Numbered from the stretch's first letter, positions 27,324 to 38,012 are shown. The stretch: DNA of 64,000 nucleotides from Desulfosudaceae bacterium (GCA_963674745.2 CAXXDV010000001.1:448001-512000); one strand, 5' to 3'. The notes: generated by a model not told the origin, from the letters alone. Program-made: numbers and translations.

Positions 27324-28808
27324 TTATACATTCCTGAAGCCGGAGATTATATCCCAGGCGTTTTGGGCCGTTGTTTCATCGGCCGACACGGGTGTGTCTT
27401 TTTCATAAAAAAGAAAACCGGCGATAATCAGTGCCAGTTCATCATTGGAATAGTCTCTCTTTGCGAGCACGCTTCCGAATTCGGCAATAAATGTGGTAAA
27501 GGTATTGCCCTCGTTAAAAGGCCGGGACGACAACACCCGCTTTAAAAAATCCCGGTTGGTTTTAACGCCCTGGAAAGGAATGTCGTCCAGGCCCAGCAGC
27601 AGGCGTTCCCGGGCTTCGGTTCTGGTCATCCCGTGGGCGATCAGCTTGGCCAGCATGGGATCATAGTTGATGGTGACACGATTGGAATCACAGAAGCCGG
27701 AATCCAGCCGGACGCCGTTAATCCGGGACATTCCGATCTGTTCGATGACCCCGGTGGTGGGCAAAAATTCATTGTCCGGGTCTTCGGCATAGATCCTGGC
27801 CTCGATGGCGTGGCCGGTCTGCCGGATGTCCGCCTGTTGAACAGGCAGGGCTTCGCCGGCGGCCACTTCGATCTGTAAGCGGACCAGGTCAAATCCGGTC
27901 ACCATTTCGGTTACCGGATGCTCTACTTGAAGCCGGGTGTTCATTTCCAGAAAATAAAAGTTGTCGGCTTCATCATAAATAAATTCCACGGTACCGGCAC
28001 CGACATAACCGATGATACGGGCCACCTCCACCGCGCTGGCGGTAATGGCCGCTCTTTTTTCCGGGGTCAGGGCGGGTGACGGTGTCTCTTCAATAATTTT
28101 CTGGTGACGACGCTGAATGGAACATTCTCTTTCGAAAAAATGGAGATAATTGCCATGAGTATCACCGAACACCTGGACCTCGATATGACGCGACCGGGGC
28201 ACATACTTTTCGATCAACACCCGGTCATTGGAAAAGGCGTTCTGCGCCTCTCTTTTGGCACCCTCGAGGGCATCCGGAAAATCCGCCGCCTGATGGACCA
28301 CCCGCATGCCCTTGCCGCCGCCGCCGCCGCTGGCCTTGATCAGCACCGGAAAGCCGATGGTTTCGGCCTGTCCCATAAGAAAGGCGTTATCCTGGTTATC
28401 ACCGTTGTAGCCGGGAATAACCGGAATGGCGGCCTCGGCCATCTTTTTCTTGGAGGTGATCTTATCGCCCATCAGCAGCATGGATTCCGGCGTGGGCCCG
28501 ATAAAAGCGATACCGGCGGTTGTGACCTTTTCACAAAAAAGGGGGTTTTCCGACAAAAAGCCGTAACCCGGATGAATTGCGTCGGCCCCGCATTGGCCGG
28601 CTATGGACAGGATCTTATCCTGATTCAAATAAGTATCCGCCAGGGCCCCGCTCCCAAGGCAATATGCCTCGTCCGACAAAAAAGCATGCGGCAGATTGGT
28701 ATCATCCTCACTGTAAACGGTCACACTGGTGATGCCCATTTCCCGGCAGGTGTTGATTACCCTGACGGCGATTTCGCCCCGGTTGGCAATGAGTATTTTT
28801 CTTATCAC
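27324..28808 (-). CDS. liuD: Biotin carboxylase subunit of methylcrotonyl-CoA carboxylase
   Basis: KILIANRGEIA, HPGYGFLSEN, GGGGKGMR, ERECSIQRRHQK, EMNTRLQVEHPVTE. Confidence 0.85.
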   Translation of the reverse strand: MIRKILIANRGEIAVRVINTCREMGITSVTVYSEDDTNLPHAFLSDEAYCLGSGALADTYLNQDKILSIAGQCGADAIHPGYGFLSENPLFCEKVTTAGIAFIGPTPESMLLMGDKITSKKKMAEAAIPVIPGYNGDNQDNAFLMGQAETIGFPVLIKASGGGGGKGMRVVHQAADFPDALEGAKREAQNAFSNDRVLIEKYVPRSRHIEVQVFGDTHGNYLHFFERECSIQRRHQKIIEETPSPALTPEKRAAITASAVEVARIIGYVGAGTVEFIYDEADNFYFLEMNTRLQVEHPVTEMVTGFDLVRLQIEVAAGEALPVQQADIRQTGHAIEARIYAEDPDNEFLPTTGVIEQIGMSRINGVRLDSGFCDSNRVTINYDPMLAKLIAHGMTRTEARERLLLGLDDIPFQGVKTNRDFLKRVLSSRPFNEGNTFTTFIAEFGSVLAKRDYSNDELALIIAGFLFYEKDTPVSADETTAQNAWDIISGFRNV

Positions 28809-28852
28809 CTTATATAAGACCTTTCACACAAATACGTTTTTTAGCGGCTACG

Positions 28853-29641
28853 CTAATCCAGCCATGACGGTTTTCTCTTTTCCAAAAGCGCCGCCATTCC
28901 TTCCTGGCCCTCGTCCGAGATTCTCAGCTTTGCAATCAACTCGGTCGTGTACTTACTGACAGAACCGTCTTTGTCCTTGTTTAACCGTTCCACCTCGCGG
29001 ATCAACGTCTTGGCATGCCGCTGGGCAATCGGCGCGGCCTTTAAAAACCCATCAATAACCACCTCACCACGTTCCCGCAATTCTTCTTCAGGCACAATTT
29101 CATCGACCAGGTTGATCTCTTTGGCAATCCATACCCCGAAACGTTCTCCGGACAGAAACCAGGCCCGGGCATTTTGCGCCCCGATTTTATCCATCACATA
29201 GGGCGAAATCACCGCCGGCACCAGCCCCAGTCGGACTTCTGTAAAACCGAATTTGGCGCTTTCCACCGCCAGAACATAATCACACACGGAAACCAGCCCG
29301 GCCCCGCCACCCAGGGCCGATCCGTTGATCAGCCCGACGACCGGCACCGGGCATTCGCTGAAAGCGGCAAAAAGTCCGTCCAGGCGTTCACTGTCCCGGA
29401 TATTTTCCTCCAGTGAATAATCTTTCATGGACTTCATCCAGTTCAGGTCCGCGCCGGCACAAAAGGATTTACCTTCACCGGCCAAAACAACCAGACGGAT
29501 GGTTTCATCACGGTTTAACTCGGTCATCCGGGCGGTCAGCTCCGCGATGAGTTCATCATTAAAGGCGTTGTGAATCTCCGGGCGATTCAAGGTCAGGTAG
29601 ACCACGCCGCGTTCGTCGATACGTTCGGTAACAAATTTCAT
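28853..29641 (-). CDS. liuC: Methylglutaconyl-CoA hydratase (crotonase)
   Basis: NRPEIHNAFND, FCAGADLNWM, TEVRLGLVPAVISPYV; lies between the MCC subunits. Confidence 0.85.
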   Translation of the reverse strand: MKFVTERIDERGVVYLTLNRPEIHNAFNDELIAELTARMTELNRDETIRLVVLAGEGKSFCAGADLNWMKSMKDYSLEENIRDSERLDGLFAAFSECPVPVVGLINGSALGGGAGLVSVCDYVLAVESAKFGFTEVRLGLVPAVISPYVMDKIGAQNARAWFLSGERFGVWIAKEINLVDEIVPEEELRERGEVVIDGFLKAAPIAQRHAKTLIREVERLNKDKDGSVSKYTTELIAKLRISDEGQEGMAALLEKRKPSWLD

Positions 29642-29645
29642 ATGC

Positions 29646-31253
29646 CTACATCCTGAATACACCGAAATCGGTTCCCGGCAGCCCTGAATTCAGGGAAGCG
29701 GAAATGGTCAGCCCCAGCGCATCCCTGGTTTGAACGGGGTCGATGACCCCGTCATCCCAGATTCGGGCGCTGCTGTAATAAGCGCTTCCCTTTTCGTCGT
29801 ACATGTCGATAATGGGTTTCTGGAATTTTCGAATCTGTTCTTCAGACATGGGCTTTTTGCCTTCCGAGATCATCTGATCGTTTTTGACGGTGGACAGTAC
29901 CCCGGCCGCCTGTTCGCCGCCCATGACCGAAATCTTGGCATTAGGCCACATCCACAGAAAACGGGGATTATAGGCCCGGCCGCACATGCCGTAGTTGCCG
30001 GCCCCGAAAGATCCGCCCACCACCAGGGTATGCTTTGGCACTTTGGCGCAGGAGACAGCGGCCACCATTTTAGCCCCGTCCTTGGCAATACCGGCCGCCT
30101 CGTACTTTCGCCCCACCATGAAGCCGGTGATATTCTGCATAAACAGCAAGGGCGTTCGCCGCTGGCAGCACAGTTCCACAAAATGAGCGCCCTTCAGGGC
30201 GCTTTCCGAAAAAAGAATGCCGTTATTGCCGATGATACCCACCGTGTAGCCGTAAATCCGGGCAAAGCCGCAGACCAGGGTGCTGCCGTATTTTTCCTTG
30301 AACTCGTGGAACTCGGACCCGTCTACGAGCCGGGCAATAATCTCCCGGATGTCGTACGGGGTGCGGGTGTCTTTGGGCAGAATGCCGTAGATTTCTTCGA
30401 TATCATAGGCCGGTGGAACGATCCGGCCGGGCGGTTCCCGCCGGGATTTATAGCTCAGATTTTCAATAATGTTGCGGGTGATGATCAGGGCTTCTTCTTC
30501 ATCTTCGGCAAAATGGTCGGCCACCCCGGACCTGGCCGTGTGCACTTCAGCCCCGCCCAGTTCTTCGGGCGTGACCACCTCGCCTGTGGCGGCCTTGACC
30601 AGGGGCGGCCCGCCCAGGAAAATCGTACCGTTGCCCTTGACAATGACGGTTTCGTCGGACATGGCCGGCACATAGGCCCCGCCGGCCGTGCAGGAGCCCA
30701 GCACTACCGCGATCTGCGGGATCCCCTCGGACGACATCACGGCCTGGTTGTAGAAAATTCGACCGAAATGCTCCTTGTCCGGGAAGACCTCGTCCTGCAT
30801 GGGTAAAAACGCTCCGCCCGAATCCACCAGGTAGACACAGGGCAGCCTGTTCTGCAGGGCCACTTCCTGAGCCCGCAGATGCTTTTTGACCGTCAGGGGA
30901 AAATAAGTGCCGCCTTTGATGGTGGCGTCATTGGCCACAAACATGCACTCGACACCATGCACCCGGCCGATTCCGGTGACAATACCGGCGCCCGGCACGT
31001 CCGTATCATAAACCCCGTTCGCGGCCAGGGCGGAAAGCTCCACAAATGCCGCGCCCGGGTCGAGGATGCGATCGATTCGCTCCCTGGGCAACAGCTTGTT
31101 CCGCGCCCGGTGCTTGGCCACTGCTTTGTCACTGCCCCCCCTTTTGACGACGGCCAGCTTTTCTTTCAGTTCCGCGGCCAAAACGAGATTAAAATCTCTG
31201 TTTTCCAAATATTGCTTCGAAGAAGTGTCAACCTGAGAAACAATCTGATCCAT
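29646..31253 (-). CDS. liuB: Methylcrotonyl-CoA carboxylase carboxyltransferase (beta) subunit
   Basis: [65 protein letters not shown]. Confidence 0.92.
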   Translation of the reverse strand: MDQIVSQVDTSSKQYLENRDFNLVLAAELKEKLAVVKRGGSDKAVAKHRARNKLLPRERIDRILDPGAAFVELSALAANGVYDTDVPGAGIVTGIGRVHGVECMFVANDATIKGGTYFPLTVKKHLRAQEVALQNRLPCVYLVDSGGAFLPMQDEVFPDKEHFGRIFYNQAVMSSEGIPQIAVVLGSCTAGGAYVPAMSDETVIVKGNGTIFLGGPPLVKAATGEVVTPEELGGAEVHTARSGVADHFAEDEEEALIITRNIIENLSYKSRREPPGRIVPPAYDIEEIYGILPKDTRTPYDIREIIARLVDGSEFHEFKEKYGSTLVCGFARIYGYTVGIIGNNGILFSESALKGAHFVELCCQRRTPLLFMQNITGFMVGRKYEAAGIAKDGAKMVAAVSCAKVPKHTLVVGGSFGAGNYGMCGRAYNPRFLWMWPNAKISVMGGEQAAGVLSTVKNDQMISEGKKPMSEEQIRKFQKPIIDMYDEKGSAYYSSARIWDDGVIDPVQTRDALGLTISASLNSGLPGTDFGVFRM

Positions 31254-31424
31254 CCGCCCGCCTTCAAGCTAAGAGGTGATTGATTGGCGCTGTCTTCAAT
31301 ATTCCTGATCTTTATTTAAGGATATCCGGATGAACGCGCTGAATCGCCAGAAAACCTTTAACGACCTGAAGCATTAAACACAGTAAAAATCAGTTTATCA
31401 TAAAACATAAACCGCAACCAAAAT

Positions 31425-31470
31425 AATCTCATTCACTTTTTGAATCTTATTCAATATTAAAATCTTATTC
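31425..31470. promoter_or_regulatory. Three direct repeats AATCTYATTC at 18-bp period (candidate operator)
   Basis: Copies start at 31425, 31443, 31461; the middle one lies in the palindrome TGAAT-CTT-ATTCA. Confidence 0.5.
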
Positions 31471-31570
31471 CGTTAATAGCAATAAAATAATGGAAACCGT
31501 CAGTTGAAGATCACCCTGGGGTCTTGAATTTTTTAATGAACAAAATTTGATTCATCATTTTTACCAGCCC

Positions 31571-31598
31571 TTGATATCATGGCAAAATATGATATAAT
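31571..31598 (+). promoter_or_regulatory. Sigma-70 promoter candidate for the Deg protease
   Basis: TTGATA-N16-TATAAT with extended TGn. Confidence 0.55.
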
Positions 31599-31650
31599 TA
31601 TTCAATTTTTCAACTAATTTTAAAAACAACACAACCATGCGGGGCAGTAT

Positions 31651-33147
31651 ATGCGAACTGATCATAACAACCGGATACCGCCAAGATCTTTTCTGCTGAT
31701 GGTCTTAACCCTTTTCTTCCTGGTTTCGCCTGTTCTGAAAAACCCGGCCTGGGCGGACATCCGCAGTTCCATGGTCAAAATCACCACGGTTTATAATGAG
31801 CCGTCATACATCAACCCCTGGAATTTTAGTGGTTCGGAAACATTGAGCGGCTCAGGATGCGTGATCGAGGGTGATCTTATTTTGACCAACGCCCATGTGG
31901 TCAGCTATCAGACTTACATTGACGTGCAACGATACGGCGATCCCAAAAAGTACAAGGCCAGGGTGAAAGCGGTTTCACACCAGGCCGACCTGGCCCTGCT
32001 AGAGGTTGAGGATGCCTCTTTTTTTAAAGGGGTAAAGGCGCTGAAACTGGACGACCTGCCCGAAACCCGCCAGGAAGTGACCGTCTTTGGTTATCCCGAA
32101 GGGGGTGATACCCTGAGCATCACTCGGGGTGTTATTTCGCGCATCGAGCATCAGCAGTACGTTCATTCTTCGGCCAAAATTCTGGCCATTCAGATCGACG
32201 CCGCCGTCAATCCGGGCAACAGCGGCGGACCGGCCCTGATTGACGAAAAAATTGTCGGTGTGGTTATGCAGAACCGCCCGCGGGCCGACAATATCGGCTA
32301 CATCGTCCCCACGCCGATCATAAAGCATTTCTTAAAAGATATTGCCGACGGCCGTTTTGACGGTATCCCCGAAGAGGGACTGATCGTTCAGCCCATGGAA
32401 AACGATACCTTAAGATCCGCCTACGGAATGAAAAAGGACATGACCGGGGCCCTGGTTACGTATGTTTTACCCGGCTCCCCGGCTGAAGGCATTATCCGGC
32501 CGGGCGATGTCCTTCTGGCTGTAGACGGGCATCCCATAGCCGACAACTTGACCGTTGAGTTTCGAAAAAATGACCGGACCAGTGCCGCTTATTTCGTGCA
32601 ACGGCACCAGATCGGTGAAACCGTCAAAATCGACATCATCAGAAACGCAAAACCGGATACCTGTCACATCCCGCTTGAAAAAGCACTGCCTTCACTCAAT
32701 CTTGTACCTGATCAACAGTATGATGTCCGCCCGACATATTATGTTTATGGCGGACTTCTGTTCATGCCGCTTACCATGGACTATCTGATGGCCTGGGGAA
32801 AACGCTGGCGGGGCAATGCGCCGGCCGAACTGCTGGCCGCCACAAAAGAACTGCCGACCCGCAAAGACCAGGAGGTGGTTCTGCTCAGCCGTGTCCTGCC
32901 CCATGACATCAACACGGGATATCATGAATATAAAGAGTCGATCATCACCCACGTAAACGGACAGGAAATTCTGAACCTGAAACATCTGATCCAGGTACTG
33001 GACGACAGCGGGCGGCAGGCCTCGGTCAGGTTCACCACCTCAACCAGAAACATCATTATTTTAAATCCGGCCGAAGCCGCCCGGGCCATGCCGGAAATCC
33101 TGAAAATTTACAATATTCCGGCAGACCGATCCGAAGACCTGAAGTAA
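31651..33147 (+). CDS. HtrA/Deg serine protease with PDZ domains (Deg2-type)
   Basis: Signal peptide; LTNAHVV, DLALL, QIDAAVNPGNSGGP; YVYGGLLFMPL second PDZ-like motif. Confidence 0.88.
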   Translation: MRTDHNNRIPPRSFLLMVLTLFFLVSPVLKNPAWADIRSSMVKITTVYNEPSYINPWNFSGSETLSGSGCVIEGDLILTNAHVVSYQTYIDVQRYGDPKKYKARVKAVSHQADLALLEVEDASFFKGVKALKLDDLPETRQEVTVFGYPEGGDTLSITRGVISRIEHQQYVHSSAKILAIQIDAAVNPGNSGGPALIDEKIVGVVMQNRPRADNIGYIVPTPIIKHFLKDIADGRFDGIPEEGLIVQPMENDTLRSAYGMKKDMTGALVTYVLPGSPAEGIIRPGDVLLAVDGHPIADNLTVEFRKNDRTSAAYFVQRHQIGETVKIDIIRNAKPDTCHIPLEKALPSLNLVPDQQYDVRPTYYVYGGLLFMPLTMDYLMAWGKRWRGNAPAELLAATKELPTRKDQEVVLLSRVLPHDINTGYHEYKESIITHVNGQEILNLKHLIQVLDDSGRQASVRFTTSTRNIIILNPAEAARAMPEILKIYNIPADRSEDLK

Positions 33148-33161
33148 CAGCAATATCCGGG

Positions 33162-33965
33162 TTAACGGCCTTTAAACTTTGGTTTTCTTTTTTCAAACAT
33201 GGCGGCCAGGGCTTCCTGGTGGTCTTCGGTGTTATGACAAATCCCCTGAAAAACCGCTGACTGGTCGAGCAGTTCCTGCAAGGCGGTTTTCTGGCCCATG
33301 TACAGCAGTTTTTTGGCCATGCGCAACGCGCCAGGCGGCTTGGCGGCTATCCTGGCCGCCAGCTCATTGGCTTTGGTCAGAAGCTGTTCGTGGGGAACGA
33401 CGTAATTGACCATGCCGATTTTAAAGGCGGTTTCGCCATCGATCACATCACCGGTAAAGGTCAGCTCACAGGCTTTGGCCATGCCCACCACCCGGGGCAG
33501 AAACCAGGCACCGCCGTCACCCGGGATCAAACCGACATTTAAAAACGTCTCACCGAAACGGGCTTTTTCCGAAGCCACCCGCATGTCACACATCAGGGCC
33601 AAATCACAGCCCGCGCCGATGGCCGGCCCGTTGACGGCTGCGATGGTGGGGGCTTCCACGCCCCGGACGGCCAGGGGAATACGCTGCACATACTGCTTGT
33701 ATTTCTGTTCGATTTCGGCCGGCGTCCCGGCGAACATGCCGGTTTTCTGTGCCATCTCCTTGACGTTGCCGCCGGCTGAAAAAGCGGGATCGGCACCGGT
33801 GACAATCAGGGCCATGATCGACATGTCCGCGTTCACCGTGGCGAAAGCGGCCTCAAGCTCGTCGATCATCCCGGCGTCGGTAATGACATTCCTCGTTTCC
33901 GGGCAATTAAGCGTGATCGTGGCCACACCTTCGCTAATATTGAACAGAATGTTGTTGTATTCCAT
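33162..33965 (-). CDS. Enoyl-CoA hydratase/isomerase (crotonase)
   Basis: AFSAGGNV, AAVNGPAIGAG, VGLIPGDGG, EKRKPKFKG. Confidence 0.92.
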   Translation of the reverse strand: MEYNNILFNISEGVATITLNCPETRNVITDAGMIDELEAAFATVNADMSIMALIVTGADPAFSAGGNVKEMAQKTGMFAGTPAEIEQKYKQYVQRIPLAVRGVEAPTIAAVNGPAIGAGCDLALMCDMRVASEKARFGETFLNVGLIPGDGGAWFLPRVVGMAKACELTFTGDVIDGETAFKIGMVNYVVPHEQLLTKANELAARIAAKPPGALRMAKKLLYMGQKTALQELLDQSAVFQGICHNTEDHQEALAAMFEKRKPKFKGR

Positions 33966-34050
33966 TGTTTTCCCCTTTTTAGACTTTTCACCCGGACACA
34001 GTCCGGCACCAACATTATAAGTAACAGTTGCCGTTTTGTTGCAGACAGTT

Positions 34051-34911
34051 TTAGGATCTCAGCCTCACCCGGTACTTGGTCAGCAACCGGTCCGGGGAGT
34101 AGGACTGTTTGTTCTTTCTGAAATTCGCTTTACCCAGATCCTGTTCGAAATTGTAAAACACAAACCGGTCCGCCATGGCGTTGGCAAAATGATTGAACAT
34201 ATAGGGAAAAATCCCCTTGAACCGCCGGCCGCCCTTGGCAAAATGCACGGTGCACATGCCGGGCACATTTTCTCCGGCCAGCAAAAACCCGGCCGGCGCC
34301 TCATCGGCATAATATATATACCCGAACAGGTCCAGTTCCCGGCTCAGGGCCAGGGCCTCCCGGACGGAATAATAATCCGTGGTTTTCCGTGGGTTGCCGT
34401 TTTCCAGTTGCCACTGTTCAAGAACCGTTTCCGCATCCTGCTTCAGGTCCGAATGGTACGGCCGGCTGGAGACCCGGTGTGCGGCCATAAACTGTTTCAT
34501 CAGGTTTCTTTTGGGGGCCAGTTTTCGCCCTGAATAAGTCTGCAGTTTATCGGCGGCAAAAATATAATCCGCATCATCCGGATTATGATCGGCCCTAAAC
34601 CGGCCCGGGTCAAGTTGATCGAAATCCTCCCGACCGACGGGATAAAGGCATCCGAAAGCATCGATCAGGCGGACCAGATCGGCCTCATCCATCCGGGTCA
34701 GATCAAACAGCGGCATGAAAAAGGCCGTACCGTCATAAGTTTTTCCCCTTACCCCCAGAGGCGTCCGGTTATCAAGAAGAACCGCGTATTCATGAACCCG
34801 GCGGAACAAAAAAAGATTGGCAAAACAGTACTCAGAAAGCCCGTTACCGACCGGCTTTAATTTCTCTTTTAAAATACCGGCATGCTCAAGATTTAGGGGC
34901 TCCCGCTTCAT
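34051..34911 (-). CDS. DUF2156 / aminoacyl-transferase-like (GNAT-fold) protein
   Basis: SEYCFANLFLFR, DYIF, GRKLAPKRN, VHFAKG, NFEQDLG..RKNKQSYSP. Confidence 0.8.
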   Translation of the reverse strand: MKREPLNLEHAGILKEKLKPVGNGLSEYCFANLFLFRRVHEYAVLLDNRTPLGVRGKTYDGTAFFMPLFDLTRMDEADLVRLIDAFGCLYPVGREDFDQLDPGRFRADHNPDDADYIFAADKLQTYSGRKLAPKRNLMKQFMAAHRVSSRPYHSDLKQDAETVLEQWQLENGNPRKTTDYYSVREALALSRELDLFGYIYYADEAPAGFLLAGENVPGMCTVHFAKGGRRFKGIFPYMFNHFANAMADRFVFYNFEQDLGKANFRKNKQSYSPDRLLTKYRVRLRS

Positions 34912-35705
34912 TATGCCGGCTCAATGGCCCTTTTTCCAGGCGCCGGCCCGTCCACCGGCGGACCGGCGAAGCACTGGGCCTTGAGCATCCAGTCCCGGGC
35001 AACGTCACCGGTGACCGCCAGGGCGGTGTCATCTACATGCCGGCGCTGAACCACCACCAGACAAAAGCCCTCAGCCGGACCCGTGATGCGTTGATCGGCA
35101 TCTTCAGGTCCCCATGTCCAGACCTCTTTCGAGGGTGCCGTCAATTCCACCCGGACGGATTTTTCCGGCACCGGCAGGCCCCGGTTCATATAGGTCCAGC
35201 CGAATGTTTTAACCCCCAGATGAGCGATGTGACGCAACCGATCGGTGGGCGTACGTATTATTTTCAGGGCATCAAACACATCCTGCCCATGGGCCCAGGT
35301 TTCCATGAGACGGGCCGTGGCAAAGGACAGGGCGCTCATGGGCGGGCCGTACCACGGCAAGCGGTCCTTGGGGCCGCACTTGACCAGGGCGTCAAGCATG
35401 ATTTTACGCTGTTCCCGCCACCACTGCATGAGTTCCTGCGGCGTCATGTCCGTTCCGACTGTTTTAAGGGTTCGGTCAAACCCTTCCAGGTCCTGAACAA
35501 TTTCCTCCAGGTGGCGATTGAAGGCCTCGGCTTCCGTAGCTGCCAGGGCGGCCCGGTCGTCAAAATAAGCCAGGTGGCGAATCTCATCCTTTATCCGCCA
35601 GGTCAGAAACGGAACCGGCGTCAGCCAGCCGGCTTCATCCAGCGGTGTCAGAACGCTTTCCAGTTCTTCATGTTCGGCTTTTAAGTCATCACAGATCGCT
35701 TTCAT
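34911..35705 (-). CDS. TIGR03084-family DinB/MDMPI-like metal-binding protein
   Basis: HLAYFD, PWYGPPMS, ARLMETWAHGQD, AQCFAGPP. Confidence 0.85.
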   Translation of the reverse strand: MKAICDDLKAEHEELESVLTPLDEAGWLTPVPFLTWRIKDEIRHLAYFDDRAALAATEAEAFNRHLEEIVQDLEGFDRTLKTVGTDMTPQELMQWWREQRKIMLDALVKCGPKDRLPWYGPPMSALSFATARLMETWAHGQDVFDALKIIRTPTDRLRHIAHLGVKTFGWTYMNRGLPVPEKSVRVELTAPSKEVWTWGPEDADQRITGPAEGFCLVVVQRRHVDDTALAVTGDVARDWMLKAQCFAGPPVDGPAPGKRAIEPA

Positions 35706-35777
35706 GGGCTGTCCTTTATTCTTGGTCAATAGTTACCCTTCTTTTTACATGACCGTTTACCGAGTTTCAAGGTTTGA

Positions 35778-36539
35778 TCAGCGGTAACGCATGTAATAGG
35801 TATGCACATACCAGATCATCCCCGCCAGACCGGCAAAAAGATAATATTTGGCGCCGGGAATGTCCATGACCACCATGCGGGTGTTAAAGGGATCGCCGTT
35901 TATCAGGCTGGCAATGGGATCATATTCGGAGTCATTGATCGTCACCCGTGCAGTGGTCTCATATGATTCATGAATGATCTCTTTGGGCCGAAACAGCCAG
36001 ATGGGCTGAATCAAAGAATAAAATTGCAGCGGGCCGCCCACGTTAAAGGTTTTATAATCAAAAACCGGGGGGGGCGGGGTCTGCCGGGATCTGGACATGG
36101 TTTCGATGCGCAGCACCTCTACCTCGCGCCGGCTGACAGCGGCCGTGACATTCCCGCCAGTTTCGTTAAAGGTAAATTCCGCTTTTTTCTTGGGGTAGCC
36201 GAGAAACTCCCGCCCGTATATCATGGCCGTATCATCATCCACCACCATCCAGGGACAGTGCAGACCTTTTCCCAGGGGCGTTTTGACATGAATCAGCAGG
36301 GCCGCTTCATGGTAAGGAACCGAAAATGACGTCTTGGTATAATCGACAATAAAAAGCGTCCCTTTGGGGTCATCGCCGGGGGACATGCACCAGGGAAGAA
36401 TTTTTTTGGTTTCTTTTCTGTCAAGGGGAACGTCAGCCAGCACAAAACGGGCATTTTCCCATAATTTTGTGCCGCGTGCGGTCGGCTGAAAAATTCTGGA
36501 AAGTGACTTTCTAAACGAAGGAAGCTTGTTGTTTGCCAT
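35778..36539 (-). CDS. Acetoacetate decarboxylase superfamily protein
   Basis: PYHEAA, MVVDDD, GREFLGYPKK (Schiff-base Lys motif); start at MANNK after GGGAGG. Confidence 0.8.
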   Translation of the reverse strand: MANNKLPSFRKSLSRIFQPTARGTKLWENARFVLADVPLDRKETKKILPWCMSPGDDPKGTLFIVDYTKTSFSVPYHEAALLIHVKTPLGKGLHCPWMVVDDDTAMIYGREFLGYPKKKAEFTFNETGGNVTAAVSRREVEVLRIETMSRSRQTPPPPVFDYKTFNVGGPLQFYSLIQPIWLFRPKEIIHESYETTARVTINDSEYDPIASLINGDPFNTRMVVMDIPGAKYYLFAGLAGMIWYVHTYYMRYR

Positions 36540-36570
36540 GATTCCCTCCCTATCACACTTGAAGAGATGA

Positions 36571-37824
36571 TTACTCGTAGGTTTTAATCCGCCGGGCGAT
36601 AAATTTTTCCACATCGGTGACGCTGTCAAAAGAACCGACCTTTTCCAAAAGCGTTGTTTTCAAAGCATCATCCTGCCAGAGCCTGGTACGGATTTTTTCA
36701 CTGGTGAGAATGGTTTCGGCCAGATCATCATCTTTAATAAATATTTTGACCGCTTTTTCCGATGTCATTATTTTATTGAACAATGCTTCGATGGTAGTGT
36801 TTGAAACCGCCAGAAAAGGTGCAATCTGCTGCCGGTGTTTGTCGATCAGCTTGAGCAACCATTTTTCCTGCATGATCTTCTCAATGGACACGATTTCATC
36901 CAACGGCCTGTCTTTCATTAAATCCGCCATTCGGGGATCGGAAGCAAACACGAAAAACACACCCAGTACGGCCTGCTGAATGCTCTCAAAAGTCGTCTTT
37001 TTTTCGTAAACATGTTCGACCATTTGCCGCACGACAAGACTTTCAAAGATGGTGTCCAGTATCCGGGTATCAACCAGGTAGTCACTCAGCCGGTTTTTCA
37101 GTATCTGGCCGACCTGGTTGATATCACTTCTCGCGGATTCAATTATCTCCCGGTCCGGAGACAGATAACCGGCATCAATATATTTTTGTTCCCGGACCAT
37201 CTTTCTTAACCCGGTGATATTAATATAGGGATATTTCTTGGATTCAAGCCAGTCGGCAATTTTGACGGGAACGTTCCCTCCGGGGCAGCCTCGATAGGTA
37301 AACGTCACCCGGGTTTTATCGCGGCCGAAATATTCCAGAACATACTCCCCGGATAGTTCGGGCACACGCAAGTATTTGTCATCAGGCGGGACAAGCTGCT
37401 GATCGGAAAGGCGAAAAACGATTTCAACCGTACCTTTCTCAACATGATAGACCGTATCATTTTCCAGCACCATATCCCGGTCTTTAAACGGCAACGGGGC
37501 ATCGACCACGCTGTAGAAAATCTTGGTATTAAAATCGACGTCTTTTAAAAGCCTGGTCTCCTCGCACCTGGCCACCCAGCGGGGGTAGGCTTCGACATCC
37601 CGCAGAACGGTTCCGATCACCTCCATTTTTGCATCCACAAACCCGGAACCTCTGAACGCGTGAGCGGGCGAATCGGGAATGTCTTTCCGGAAAACATCGA
37701 TACCGTCTTTGGTATAAAGATACTCCCATTCAGCCTCGGCACAAAAAACCGTGGCCGGCCAAAAAAACAAAAGCTGGAGTGCAAGCAACAGCGTGGCAAC
37801 AGACCTTTTCTTAAAACCAGCCAT
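36571..37824 (-). CDS. Exported START-domain lipid-binding protein with helical C-terminal extension
   Basis: Signal peptide; WEYLYTKDGIDVF, YPRW, PLPFKDRDMV, PGGNVP. Confidence 0.75.
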   Translation of the reverse strand: MAGFKKRSVATLLLALQLLFFWPATVFCAEAEWEYLYTKDGIDVFRKDIPDSPAHAFRGSGFVDAKMEVIGTVLRDVEAYPRWVARCEETRLLKDVDFNTKIFYSVVDAPLPFKDRDMVLENDTVYHVEKGTVEIVFRLSDQQLVPPDDKYLRVPELSGEYVLEYFGRDKTRVTFTYRGCPGGNVPVKIADWLESKKYPYINITGLRKMVREQKYIDAGYLSPDREIIESARSDINQVGQILKNRLSDYLVDTRILDTIFESLVVRQMVEHVYEKKTTFESIQQAVLGVFFVFASDPRMADLMKDRPLDEIVSIEKIMQEKWLLKLIDKHRQQIAPFLAVSNTTIEALFNKIMTSEKAVKIFIKDDDLAETILTSEKIRTRLWQDDALKTTLLEKVGSFDSVTDVEKFIARRIKTYE

Positions 37825-38012
37825 ATTTTTCTACCGCCCTTCAGCAAACGTGTTCATAGATTTACTGGGCACTACCTTTCAGCACCCCCCGCTTAATTTT
37901 CGCTGAATAATAATCATATCAATTACCAGAGAAAAATAAAAAATGGAAATATTTCCGATGATCAACAGTCATTATCAAAAAAACGGATTTTAAAAAATCA
38001 ATCCCAACACCG

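Noticed and set aside
26826..31253. Geranyl-CoA carboxylase (atuC/atuF)
   Set aside because: Beta-subunit motifs and the liuB-C-D-E order fit methylcrotonyl-CoA carboxylase better; substrate range cannot be excluded by eye
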